Below are positions 1 through 10,362 of a DNA stretch of 32,429 nucleotides, piece after piece. The stretch comes from Octopus bimaculoides (lineage: Eukaryota). Both the position numbers and the translations under genes were made by a program. Every line of letters starts with the position of its first letter. The first letter of the stretch is position 1. The notes below the pieces were generated by a model. It worked only from the letters and a program-made list of their open reading frames with translations, searched no databases and was not told the origin of the DNA. The stretch covers positions 100,931,079 through 100,963,507 of the forward strand of contig NC_068984.1 of the NCBI RefSeq assembly GCF_001194135.2, read 5' to 3'.

Positions 1-61
1 ATATATGCATGTATGCATTTATAAATATAAAGATATACATATATGTATATACTCACACGCG

Positions 62-85
62 CGCGAGACAGATAGACAGACAGAC

Positions 86-140
<55 letters not shown>

Positions 141-307
141 GTTGTATGAGTACATTTGTTTGAATTTCAATATTCTTGAAACAGTTACTGTGCAGACACA
201 CATTTGCACTGAAAAATATATTTTTATTTCGACTGCACGCACGCACACGCACGCACGCACGCACACACACACGCACAGAGGCACACATATACACATATGC
301 ATGCACC

Positions 308-340
<33 letters not shown>

Positions 341-365
341 ATATACATGCATAAACACACACATA
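62..365. repeat. Compound microsatellites (GAYA)n and (CA)n/(CACG)n
   Basis: Read directly: (GATA)n about 85-139, (CA)n about 312-338, with CACG variants. Confidence 0.95.
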
Positions 366-429
366 CAAATAAGCACACATGCACATACGAGCGCACAAAC
401 ATTTCGTTTGTTTTCTTACTACTGTCAAA

Positions 430-463
430 TTTTTTCTCTTTCTCCTTTTCTCTCCCTCCCTCC

Positions 464-503
<40 letters not shown>

Positions 504-1075
504 TATACCTTTCCTCCTCGCTCTGAATATTTTGACCTATTTCTCCTCTTTCTCCTCCTATCTTTTATTATGCTGTCTCACGCTCTCTCATTGAACCACT
601 TTGCTTCTCTCTTCCCCTTCACTGGCTTCTCTCCTCTTCCTCTCATTAACTCCATCTCTCAATGCTTTTGTTTTCGTTTCTCCTTCCCTTTCTTTCACCT
701 TTATTTTCGTTCTCCTTCCCACTCCCACTTCATCTCCATCACTCTCACACTCATCTTCAACTATTCTCCCCCTTTCTCACTCCATCTGACTCTTTCTTTC
801 ACTCTCTCTTCGCCTCTCTCATTCTTCCTTCCTCTCTATATCTTCCTGTTCGTTTTTCTTCGTCTCTCTTTTACACCTCTTCTCTTCCTCCCTTGGTTCC
901 ACTTTCCCCCCCTCCTTGTTTACAACCGACACTTTATCCTCCCCTCCCTCTTCAACCCTTCAATCTCTCCGCCACCTAGTTCTCTACCCCCTCTTTACTC
1001 CCTATCTTACGCTAACCCCCTCTCTCTCTCTCTACACCTGATTCCGCATCACACCTCCCCCATCCACCGACCTTG
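430..1075. repeat. Long pyrimidine-rich (CT-rich) low-complexity tract
   Basis: (CT)n at about 467-500 followed by about 570 bp in which the plus strand is strongly C/T-biased. Confidence 0.9.
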
Positions 1076-1233
1076 ACATAGTTCCTACATATCACCCATG
1101 TGTCACTTTTGTATGACACATGCATGCATATATGTCTCTATGCGCCAGTGTCTGGGCATATATGTGTAGTGTGCATGTGTGTAGATGGCTGTTCGTGTGC
1201 GTAGGAATGTGCATACATATATATTACTATATA

Positions 1234-1394
1234 GGCACAGGAGTGGCTGTGTGGTATGAAGCTCGCTTCCCAACCACACGGTTCTGGGTTCAGTCCCACT
1301 GCGAGGCATCTTGGGCGAGTGTCTTCTACTATAGCCTCGGGCCGACCAAAGCCTTATAAGTGGATATGGTAGTTGGAAATTGAAAGAAGCTCGT

Positions 1395-1449
<55 letters not shown>

Positions 1450-1462
1450 ATGCATGTGTGTG
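1234..1462 (+). mobile_element. tRNA-derived SINE family A (octopus OR-like, CORE-like middle), 5' half ending in (TG)n
   Basis: A-box-like TGGCTGTGTGG, B-box-like GGTTCAGTCCC and CTTGGGCGAGTGTCTTCTACTATAGCC, matching the full copies at 23034, 24732 and 26398. The family name is from recollection, not alignment. Confidence 0.9.
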
Positions 1463-2309
1463 ACGTATATTTCTGTCACTTTTTCTTTCTTTGCCTCGTT
1501 TTTGCCTTCCTCTCACTCTCTTTCTTTCCTTAATACTTTACTTCTTTCTTCGTTCTGACTTTCAATCTGCCCTTCTCTTATCTCCGGTCCTACAGGGCAT
1601 TTTCATTTTCCTTTGCGTTACCCCATATCTGTTTGTATTGTAGTTGCACGGCTTTTTTTTTTATTCTGTTGTGTATGTATGTTTTATTTTTGTTGTGTTT
1701 GTTTTCGTCGTTGTCCGGTACATTCGTTCTATTCCCAGTGGCTTTTCGCCACTGGCGCCACCAAAAGTGAACAATATCATCGTTAAAGGCGTGAAATTGT
1801 CATGATCTTCTAGACGTTAACTGATGAGGAATAAGCAACAAATTTTCTGTAAGGATGTGCTATAATACTATTCTATATATACAAAAACAATCATACCAAC
1901 AATCCAACATACCTCCATCATCAGCTGCCCCACGGATATCATTATGGTTTCGATACCTGTGCAGTACCATTCAATCCAGCGGTGTCAACAACACTAAAAT
2001 AAGTGTTGTTTGGGAACAAACATACCAAAGAAATCACAACTTTCAAGCATATTTACTCTATGTACAACAGTATCGGTAAATAAATTCAGTAAGTAAATTT
2101 ATAAGCAACATCTAAATATGTAACTAAACAGCGACCAAACCTTTAAGTCATACAAAAAAAATATTCCCTACAGTCTTCCATAGTATAATATAAAAGTGAA
2201 AGCTTAATAACCACATTCATTCAATCTAAATATAGGCAGGATTAAACACTGACTTTAAAATTAAAAACACATCTGTGTACATCTGTATCGGTATTAATAG
2301 TAAACCTAT

Positions 2310-2314
2310 GTGTA

Positions 2315-2386
<72 letters not shown>

Positions 2387-2610
2387 TGTCTGTCTGTCTA
2401 TTAGTATTTGTGTCCCACCACCACCACCATCACCACTTGACAACCATTTCGACAAAAGAGACCGATAGAATAAATACAAGGCTTAAAAAAAATAAGCCCT
2501 GTGGTCGATTTCTTCGATTAAAATCCTTCAAGGCGGTGCTCCAACATGGCCGCAGTCAAATGATTGAAACAAATAAAAGAGATAAAGAATAAAAGAATAA
2601 AAGAATATAT
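2310..2610 (+). mobile_element. SINE family A, internal (TG)n plus 3' half
   Basis: GAGACCGATAGAATAA...GGCGGTGCTCCAACATGGCCGCAGTCAAATGATTGAAAC and a (TAAAAGAA)n tail, as in the full copies. Confidence 0.85.
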
Positions 2611-2867
2611 GAATGTCACTATGAATATACGAATGTGTTTTAACGTGGATACTGTCAGTTAGTCATGGAGAAACTGCGACCCGCGGGACTTTCTGAATGG
2701 CATAACGAAATTTTACCGGCAATTTCTTTAGTGGTGCATGTTGCTTGGGGGTGAACCATGACTCGTGCACTCCTACACATGTACACGCGCGCACATAAAT
2801 ACATATGCATGTGCACACACATAGATACAAATGCACATGGGTGTGTGTGTATTTTATAGACATGTAT

Positions 2868-3465
2868 ATAGGTGCAGCGTGGCATCTTGGACAAGTGTCT
2901 TCAGCTATAGATCTGGACCAACCAAAGCCTTGTGAGTGGATTTGTCAGACGAAGACTAAAAGAATCCCATCGTATATAATATATATATATATATATATCG
3001 AATAAGAATACAAATGGATTAAAAGTTCACTACAGCTGTTTCCGACGCATCTTTTATTGATGAATAATTCAATGACGTCATGAAAAAACAGTTTACTTCA
3101 GGTAAATTAAAAATGTTAAATGTGGTTCGGAAAAAAATACTAAGATGTGGAATGTGGACTTTATATATGCGTGTGTGTGTTTGTGGTTGTGTCTGTGTGT
3201 GTACGTGTGTGTGTGTGTGTGTGCGTAATGTATGTATGTATGTTAGTTCTTTGTGTATCTGTGTCTGTCCCCCACCGCCACCTAATTACAGGTGTTGGTG
3301 TGTTCATTTCTCCGTAACTTAGCGGTTCGTTAAAAATATACTGATAGAACAAATACCAGAGTTTATATATGATTAGTTTTTTTTAAGTTCTAGTGTCGAT
3401 TTGTCCGATTAAACTCTTCGAGGCGATGCCCCAGTATGGCCGCATTCTAATGACTAAAACAAGTA
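2868..3465 (+). mobile_element. Degenerate SINE family A with a foreign insert in its internal microsatellite
   Basis: 5' half with deleted head at 2868-2975, (TA)n, unrelated segment about 3000-3165, (TG)n, then 3' half at about 3255-3465. Confidence 0.8.
3000..3165 (-). mobile_element. Probable Penelope-like pseudo-LTR fragment with a degenerate hammerhead-like core
   Basis: The minus strand reads AATTTAC-CTGAAGT-(52 nt)-GAA-ACAGCTGT-A-GTGAACT; the segment is flanked by (TA)n on both sides. Confidence 0.4.
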
Positions 3466-3482
3466 TGTATGTATGTATAAAA

Positions 3483-3526
<44 letters not shown>

Positions 3527-3603
3527 CATTGTTCGTTTTTTTCCGTCCTTGTTTTCGTATACATTCGCTGCTTTCTTCCAAGGAATCTAATGCTCTTAGC
3601 TTT

Positions 3604-3867
3604 NNNNNNNNNNNNNNNNNNNNNNNNNNNNNNNNNNNNNNNNNNNNNNNNNNNNNNNNNNNNNNNNNNNNNNNNNNNNNNNNNNNNNNNNNNNNNNNNN
3701 NNNNNNNNNNNNNNNNNNNNNNNNNNNNNNNNNNNNNNNNNNNNNNNNNNNNNNNNNNNNNNNNNNNNNNNNNNNNNNNNNNNNNNNNNNNNNNNNNNNN
3801 NNNNNNNNNNNNNNNNNNNNNNNNNNNNNNNNNNNNNNNNNNNNNNNNNNNNNNNNNNNNNNNNNNN
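3604..3867. other. Assembly gap (N)
   Basis: Run of N. Confidence 1.
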
Positions 3868-3894
3868 ATATATTAGCTTTTATCATAACATTTT

Positions 3895-4059
3895 ACATGT
3901 TGGGCATTGCCCCAACGGGCTTAGTCGAACAGATTGAGCTCAGTACTTACTTTCTGGGCCAGGTACTTAATTTATTGTCCATTTTTGCCGAACCGCTAAG
4001 TTACAAGAACGTAAAGAAACCTTCAAACGGTGGAGACAAACAAAAATATGGTCACACGC

Positions 4060-4112
<53 letters not shown>

Positions 4113-4150
4113 CATACATACATACATACATACATACATACATACATACA
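3895..4150 (-). mobile_element. SINE family A 3' half plus (TATG)n(TATC)n
   Basis: The reverse complement contains GTAACTTAGCGGTTCGGCAAAAA...AAGTAC...CTGTTCGACTAA, the family A 3' half. Confidence 0.75.
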
Positions 4151-4422
4151 TTATTGACTGGGAATGCATCGGTAGAATCTCCATTACCCAGTACGGGCAT
4201 GCCGTCCTGAAACTGTCGTACCATGCTAATGAATTTGTCCGGGCAGTCGAACTTTCCTATGATCTTCCAAATCCTCTCACAGTTGACTGCCTCAAAGGCC
4301 TTGGTTAGGTCTATAAACGTCCTCTATACGTCTCTGTTCTATTCCTGGCACTTCTCTTCAAGTTGACGTGCAGCAAGCATTATGTCGACTGTCTCACGGC
4401 CCTCTCTGAAGCCACGATGACT
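4151..4422 (-). pseudogene. RTE (BovB-like) LINE reverse transcriptase fragment
   Basis: Hand translation SHRGFREGRETVDIMLAARQLEEKCQE*NRDV*RTFIDLTKAFEAVNCERIWKIIGKFDCPDKFISMVRQFQDGM...FPVNN matches the RTE motifs QxGFR, FxDLxKAFD and KFGCPxKFI, with two in-frame stops. Confidence 0.9.
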
Positions 4423-4639
4423 TCCTGTCTTGAATCTAATCACATATAAACCATAAAACATAAATTACACAGGAAACAAAAGTTCATTTGCATCGACAGA
4501 AATGCCGACCATCCTCGTTAATATATTTAAGAATTATTTCAATAATATTAGTTGAAGAATTTTAGGCGTGACTTCAAAACAATTATGAGGCTTTATATCT
4601 GCATATGACTTTTTTTCACGTAGGTACACGGTAAAGAAC

Positions 4640-4800
4640 TTTGGACTAACGTCGATTAAATGGACTCCAGTAGCTAACTGGTATTTTTTTTTTATTGAAT
4701 CTGGAAGAATGAAGAGCATAGTTAACCCCAGCAGGGTTTTAACTTGAAACGTAAAAGGATGTAACTAAACATGACAAGACATTTAATATACCATTCTTCT
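4640..4800 (-). mobile_element. Degenerate SINE family B (Meta-domain-like)
   Basis: The reverse complement has CTTCATTCTTCCAGATTCAATAAAA...TACCAGTTAGCTACTGGAGTCCATTTAATCGAC, a decayed version of the family B core. Confidence 0.6.
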
Positions 4801-5384
4801 GTGCCCCTATTCACTAATAAATGGTTCAAGCTGTACTAGTGAAAGATCAAAGTTGATTTGGTCACATGTTAAAGAGGAATATAATAGTCTAAAGAGTTGT
4901 GGATATCAACAGAAAGCAATCGTCGACCTTATCTCACGGTAAATTTGGGGATGATACTGTAACAATAGCAATGACACCTGTGACTGCATCAACAGCAACG
5001 GCAACAACAACAACAACAACAATAACAATAGCAGCAGCGATAAGATCAGAAAACAACAATAACAGCAACACCGCCACCAACAGCAACAGTAACAACAACT
5101 ACAACATCAGTCACGCGAAAAACAAATAGAATCAAGCAAAAAGAAGTCACTCAGTAGGGTTCGAACATAGAATACAGAAGTTCAAGAACAAATATTTTAT
5201 CTATGGATTGGTGTAAGGCGAGTCTATGACTGATGGGAGGGATCAGGAGGAAGAAACAGGAGATCCACAGTATATGAGGAACAAAATATGTTCTGCTAAA
5301 GAAGATGATGGTGTTAAACAGGGTAACACATTCAATATGACATTTAAGAAAATATACAATCCACCTGACAGTCTTTCATACCGT

Positions 5385-5500
5385 TTCTATTTCCAGAACT
5401 TCACTCATAAGGTTTAGTTGAAGACATTTGACTAAGGTGTCGCGCAGTGAGATAAAAAGCAGAACTACATCATTACAAAGTAAACTTTCCAACGACACAG
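5385..5500 (-). mobile_element. Degenerate SINE family A 5' half
   Basis: CACTCATAAGG...GAAGACATTTGACTAAGGTGTCGCGCAGTGAGA aligns by eye with 25060-25185, with an internal deletion. Confidence 0.6.
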
Positions 5501-6384
5501 CTATATATGATATAGCAATATATGACAATGAGATAACCCCAAGCTGTTCGCTTGACGATCTAGAAGAAGTATGCAAGTATCTCTCTCACACCATATCATC
5601 ATGAAAAAATCAAATAACATAATGTAATCCTGAGGAATACTACCTGAAAACAAAGATGGAATGACCTTGACCCGTTCATCAATCCAGTAGACGTTATGTT
5701 TCTTGTCTGTTGAGTAATTGTATCATGTCTTCTTGTTCGTATTGTTTATTGTTTGGATTTTTATTACTTGTTGGTTATGTCGTTCATATCTTGTTTAATA
5801 AATTTGTCGTTTGCCTAGTTCGTAAATTGTTATTTGTATGTCTGAAGTTGTGAAAGGTATTTTGATATAATTTGCGTGCGGTCTGCAATTTTATACCTGA
5901 TGTCTCTACACTGTCCATTTTCTCATTGAGTTTACTTGTCTTGCTGCTGTATTAGCGTTGCCATTGTTGTGTGTCTATTGTTATTTCCGCTCTTGTTAAC
6001 ACCACCAATTTTCGGGTGAAAACGGTCTACTTACAGCAATATTATATGAATGGGTCCATTCATTTGTGTCTGCCTATAGTTTTCATTGGCTGGTTTCTAA
6101 TTTCTTTTCGGAAGAAAGGCAACATCTCTTTCGATGCATATTTGGGTTTTAAATGAGAATGGCATAAATATAAGTATAACAGAGGCAATAATACACAATG
6201 CCACTTTTTACATAAATGCTTCTAGAAAATGTCATTTTTAAAATGCAAGAAAAATATGACATAATATGCTTAGTCAACCGAAGAAATGGGGTGAAATACT
6301 GTTGCAGGTAAAAGAATAAACTCATTTAAAAATTTTAAAAAGCTAATCCGAGCTGTAATCATGGTAAACAATAGATGAAGCAAC

Positions 6385-6730
6385 AGTAGCAGATATAGTA
6401 ATGGAAGAATAACAATGCCAACATAACAGAGCAACTAACCTAATTAACTCATGGGAAAATAATAGCACATATGAAAAAATATCTTTAATGACTTCAAATA
6501 TTAAATTATTTATGAAGTAAACAGATGGACACCTCGGTAAAACAGGACATAGTTTAGCAAAACAGAATGTGATTGATTATACAATAGACAAACAGAATAG
6601 TTTCATGATATCAGTTTCAAATATAGTGCACCTATAAAGTAATGAACAGATAAACAAGTGAAGTCGGTTAATGAAAACAATAGAAGAGCCAATAAAGTGG
6701 AAAATGAAACGACGACAACATATTAATATA
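6385..6730 (+). pseudogene. Very degenerate AP-endonuclease of an L1/Tx1-like LINE
   Basis: With frameshifts, motifs appear in the expected order: IVM(G)(D)YNA, LINSWE, VIDYTI, SNIVHL*S(N), KWKMK (compare GDFN, LxDxWR, RIDY, SDH, WKLN). Confidence 0.35.
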
Positions 6731-6979
6731 AAAATAAAAAGTAACTAGTGAAAGGAACAGAAAAAACTACTCAAGAGCATACAAGATCATCCGTAATTCT
6801 AAAGAAAACATTACCGACTGAGTATCATAGAAGATTGAAAATCGGGTCATGAGAAAAAGAATTCACTTTAAATTTTATAGATATTGTGTATACTATGTAG
6901 TAGATACTGCTTCCTTAACTAACTATAACATTTGAATGGATATCTAAGTATGTATGTGTGTATGTGCCTATATACTTAC

Positions 6980-7017
<38 letters not shown>

Positions 7018-7303
7018 GGTGGTATTGTAGTGATTACAGGGGTAACTATATACGAGAGAATAAATCGATGAATAGCAGTATGGGTATATTAGTTATGGAT
7101 ATATCGATATATTGATACGTTAACGAATATGTATGTGTCTATGTGTACGTGTATGTCAGTGTATACATGCAGATAAACATGTATTGTTATATATATATTC
7201 CATCACTTATATATTGCTGTACATATTCATATATATGTTCGTCGTGTTCTCCCTCTCTCTCTTCTCCTCTCTCCCTCTCTCTTTCTCCCTCTCTATATGT
7301 ATG

Positions 7304-7351
<48 letters not shown>

Positions 7352-7426
7352 TGTGTACATGCATATTGGTGAGGGCTTCGTCCATTTATCTCGCGTATGA
7401 AAGAAGAAACATGCGAAGATATAGAT

Positions 7427-7470
<44 letters not shown>

Positions 7471-7669
7471 GTGTGTGTGTGTGTTTGTGAGTTATTTCCG
7501 ATATGTAAGTAAATAATAATTCCAATCAATATACATTCCTTCATAGATATTTAATTATCAATATCTGCAGATATTCATACGTAAATATTATTTGAAAAAA
7601 AATTACATTCCTTCAGATATTCTTTATTTATTTATTTATGTATTTATTTATTTATTTAGTGGCGGGGGG

Positions 7670-7690
7670 NNNNNNNNNNNNNNNNNNNNN
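7670..7690. other. Assembly gap (21 N) flanked by poly-G
   Basis: Run of N between G runs. Confidence 1.
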
Positions 7691-7984
7691 GGGGGGGGGG
7701 AACGTTCCTCTCATTTTTATTCTTCCCTTACAGAAGATGAATGAACAAAGCCCATGCTGAGAAATAGGAAAGTTCAAGCTGATAGTCAATAAAAGTATGC
7801 TTCATATATGCATGATTAAATGGTTGTAACACGTTCAAATCACAAACAAAGATCGAGAGAAGGTCATCTGTTGCTGTCCTATCTGCATTTCACCATTCAA
7901 TCGCAGAACGGTTGGAATAGCTTGAAACCAACGCACAAAAAATATTTAATGAAATTAAATTTTTTATGGGGTTTGCCATAAATA

Positions 7985-8121
7985 TAGCGTTTTGTACATT
8001 TTACTTAACGTGGAGATAATGTAGAAAGCCACAGGACTGCGTTATTCGTCTCGAGAAAGCATCTCGCAGTTGTGTGGCTTTCTACATTGTATCCATGTTA
8101 AGTAAGATATATATAATGCTA
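7985..8121 (+). other. 57-bp gap-free imperfect hairpin with a 23-nt loop
   Basis: Manual pairing of 7985-8041 with 8065-8121 gives 47 Watson-Crick pairs, 6 G.U pairs and 4 mismatches. Confidence 0.9.
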
Positions 8122-8957
8122 ATCTGAACTAATACTGTTATAAAGAGGATTCGGATTCTAACTGCAAGATACATACTCGGATAGGTCTCACGAGTGAGCC
8201 ACCATAATTTCACGTGATTGATCTATAATTCTACCGATCAGCATGAAACCATAGCGTGATATGGCTTGCTCGGATGTTCTAGAATTTACTCTCTTGTCGC
8301 CCCATATAAAACCATCGGCGCTCAATTCACCAGGCACAACATTGAGAGCAGCAACCTGATTACACGCCTGACATCTTGCCAGACAGACGACCACCGGCAC
8401 TCGAGCAGACGGCTTCGGACTTTTGCGTAAACAGACCGATTCTGAACATTCACTCAATGTCCGATAAGTAGCTTCTTCAGACGCGGCATGGTTTTTCTTT
8501 CCTCCCAGTCGGCAATTATTAATATTTTTCTTTGTAAATAGCAAACACCAAATATATTATGCCCAACAATATTATATTTAAAGGTCGTGAGTTTGCTTTA
8601 GTAATTCTACTCACAGTTTTACCCCAACAAAGAAAGGTCCAGCAATGAAACGATCTCACTGAGAAGAGTGAACATTTCAGTGATTTGTTAATCACTGCTT
8701 TTTTTTTTTTCATCAATGGAGGCTAAATTTGTTTAAGCATTCGGTTGCTAGTGAATGCTTGTTACTGACGAAGCACAAATACGCAGAAATCTAGATTTAG
8801 CAATTCCACCAACGCTGCTCAATGGTTTTCGTCTGATATAGATATTCTTCTGGGGTTTTTTTAGCATTAAACGTCTATACGAGGCGAATAGCGCAGGTGC
8901 GTGGCTTTAAAATAATACTGCTTCTGCCGCTAACGAATTTTTTTTTCCATCTATAGT

Positions 8958-9412
8958 NNNNNNNNNNNNNNNNNNNNNNNNNNNNNNNNNNNNNNNNNNN
9001 NNNNNNNNNNNNNNNNNNNNNNNNNNNNNNNNNNNNNNNNNNNNNNNNNNNNNNNNNNNNNNNNNNNNNNNNNNNNNNNNNNNNNNNNNNNNNNNNNNNN
9101 NNNNNNNNNNNNNNNNNNNNNNNNNNNNNNNNNNNNNNNNNNNNNNNNNNNNNNNNNNNNNNNNNNNNNNNNNNNNNNNNNNNNNNNNNNNNNNNNNNNN
9201 NNNNNNNNNNNNNNNNNNNNNNNNNNNNNNNNNNNNNNNNNNNNNNNNNNNNNNNNNNNNNNNNNNNNNNNNNNNNNNNNNNNNNNNNNNNNNNNNNNNN
9301 NNNNNNNNNNNNNNNNNNNNNNNNNNNNNNNNNNNNNNNNNNNNNNNNNNNNNNNNNNNNNNNNNNNNNNNNNNNNNNNNNNNNNNNNNNNNNNNNNNNN
9401 NNNNNNNNNNNN
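8958..9412. other. Assembly gap (N)
   Basis: Run of N. Confidence 1.
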
Positions 9413-9437
9413 TGAAACAAGTAAAAGAGTAAAAGAG
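9413..9437 (+). mobile_element. SINE family A 3' terminus emerging from the gap
   Basis: TGAAACAAGTAAAAGAGTAAAAGAGT is identical to the tail of the copy ending at 26850. Confidence 0.85.
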
Positions 9438-9449
9438 TATATATATATA

Positions 9450-9626
9450 TTATTTTCACTCTCTTTTTATCTTTATTTTCTCTCTGTATACTTCTGTGTT
9501 CGTTTCTGTTGAATAGCGTAGACTCAAAACGTAAAAGACTTTCTCACTTCCCGAGCGTTAAACTAATACATCTGTTTGTTGTTTACACACTCATTTTCGT
9601 CTTTTATTTTTTGGTAAATTCCAACT
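9450..9626 (+). mobile_element. Probable Penelope-like pseudo-LTR fragment
   Basis: CTGTTGAATAGCGTAGACTCAAAACGT resembles the CTGANGAAG..CGAAACGT PLE terminal motif; flanked by (TA)n. Confidence 0.5.
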
Positions 9627-9628
9627 AT

Positions 9629-9670
<42 letters not shown>

Positions 9671-9719
9671 TCACATATACATATGTATATGTGTGTGTGT
9701 GTATATGTATGTATGCATA

Positions 9720-9860
9720 GGCAAATAAAAATAAAGACAAAAACAACAAAAGTCGAAAAGGACTTACACAGTAAATGAATTAGGAGTATGTAACGTTTCG
9801 ATCATGGCTCTTCGTCAGAAAGAGGAAAGAGAGGTAAGGTCCGGAAGAATATCCTTATAT
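9720..9860 (-). mobile_element. Probable Penelope-like pseudo-LTR fragment
   Basis: The minus strand reads CTGACGAAGAGCCATGATCGAAACGTTA; flanked by (TA)n/(TG)n. Confidence 0.55.
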
Positions 9861-9864
9861 ATAT

Positions 9865-9910
<46 letters not shown>

Positions 9911-9933
9911 ATGCATGTATTTATGTATGTATG

Positions 9934-10362
9934 TGTTCAGATGGTAAGGGTCTTCCTATGACACTGACAGGCAGTGTCTGTGCAAGACCGTGCCTCAGTA
10001 AAGCTGGGCTTATGAGTCATCTTCGTAGTCATAAAGCAAGACCGATGATTGACTACCAGGCCACTGGTGATGATGCTACACATCATACTAATCATGTCTG
10101 TCGGGCATGTGGAAGGGAGTGTGATTCAGCGGGAGGACTTAAACGACACGCAAAGGTACATGGAGCCCAATTACAACAGCCAGCGATTGCCAGTAAAGGT
10201 TTTGGATGCCAACTCTGTGCAAGACATTGTAGATCTTTGGCTGGGTTAAAAAGTCACATTCGATCACAGCACCGTCAAGATAAGCTTCGTGCAATGGCTA
10301 TACTCGATAACAAGGGGGCAGCCATCATGTATGTATGTATGTATGTATGCATGTATGTATGT
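9934..10362 (+). pseudogene. 3' end of an RTE-type LINE ORF with three C2H2-type zinc fingers and an (ATGT)n tail
   Basis: Open frame (G)SVC-x12-HLRSH, CRAC-x12-HAKVH, CQLC-x12-HIRSQH with no TGEKP linkers. It ends ...GATAACAAGGGGGCAGCCATC(ATGT)n, like RTE 3' termini. The clade call is inference. Confidence 0.7.

Noticed and set aside
1728-1748. Perfect 8-bp GC-rich hairpin CCAGTGGC-TTTTC-GCCACTGG, considered as a Helitron 3' hairpin or terminator
   Set aside because: There is no CTRR end 10-15 nt downstream on either strand, and intrinsic terminators are not relevant in this eukaryotic context.
7660-7700. Poly-G run as a G-quadruplex
   Set aside because: It is interrupted by N, so its true length and sequence are unknown and may be a sequencing artefact.
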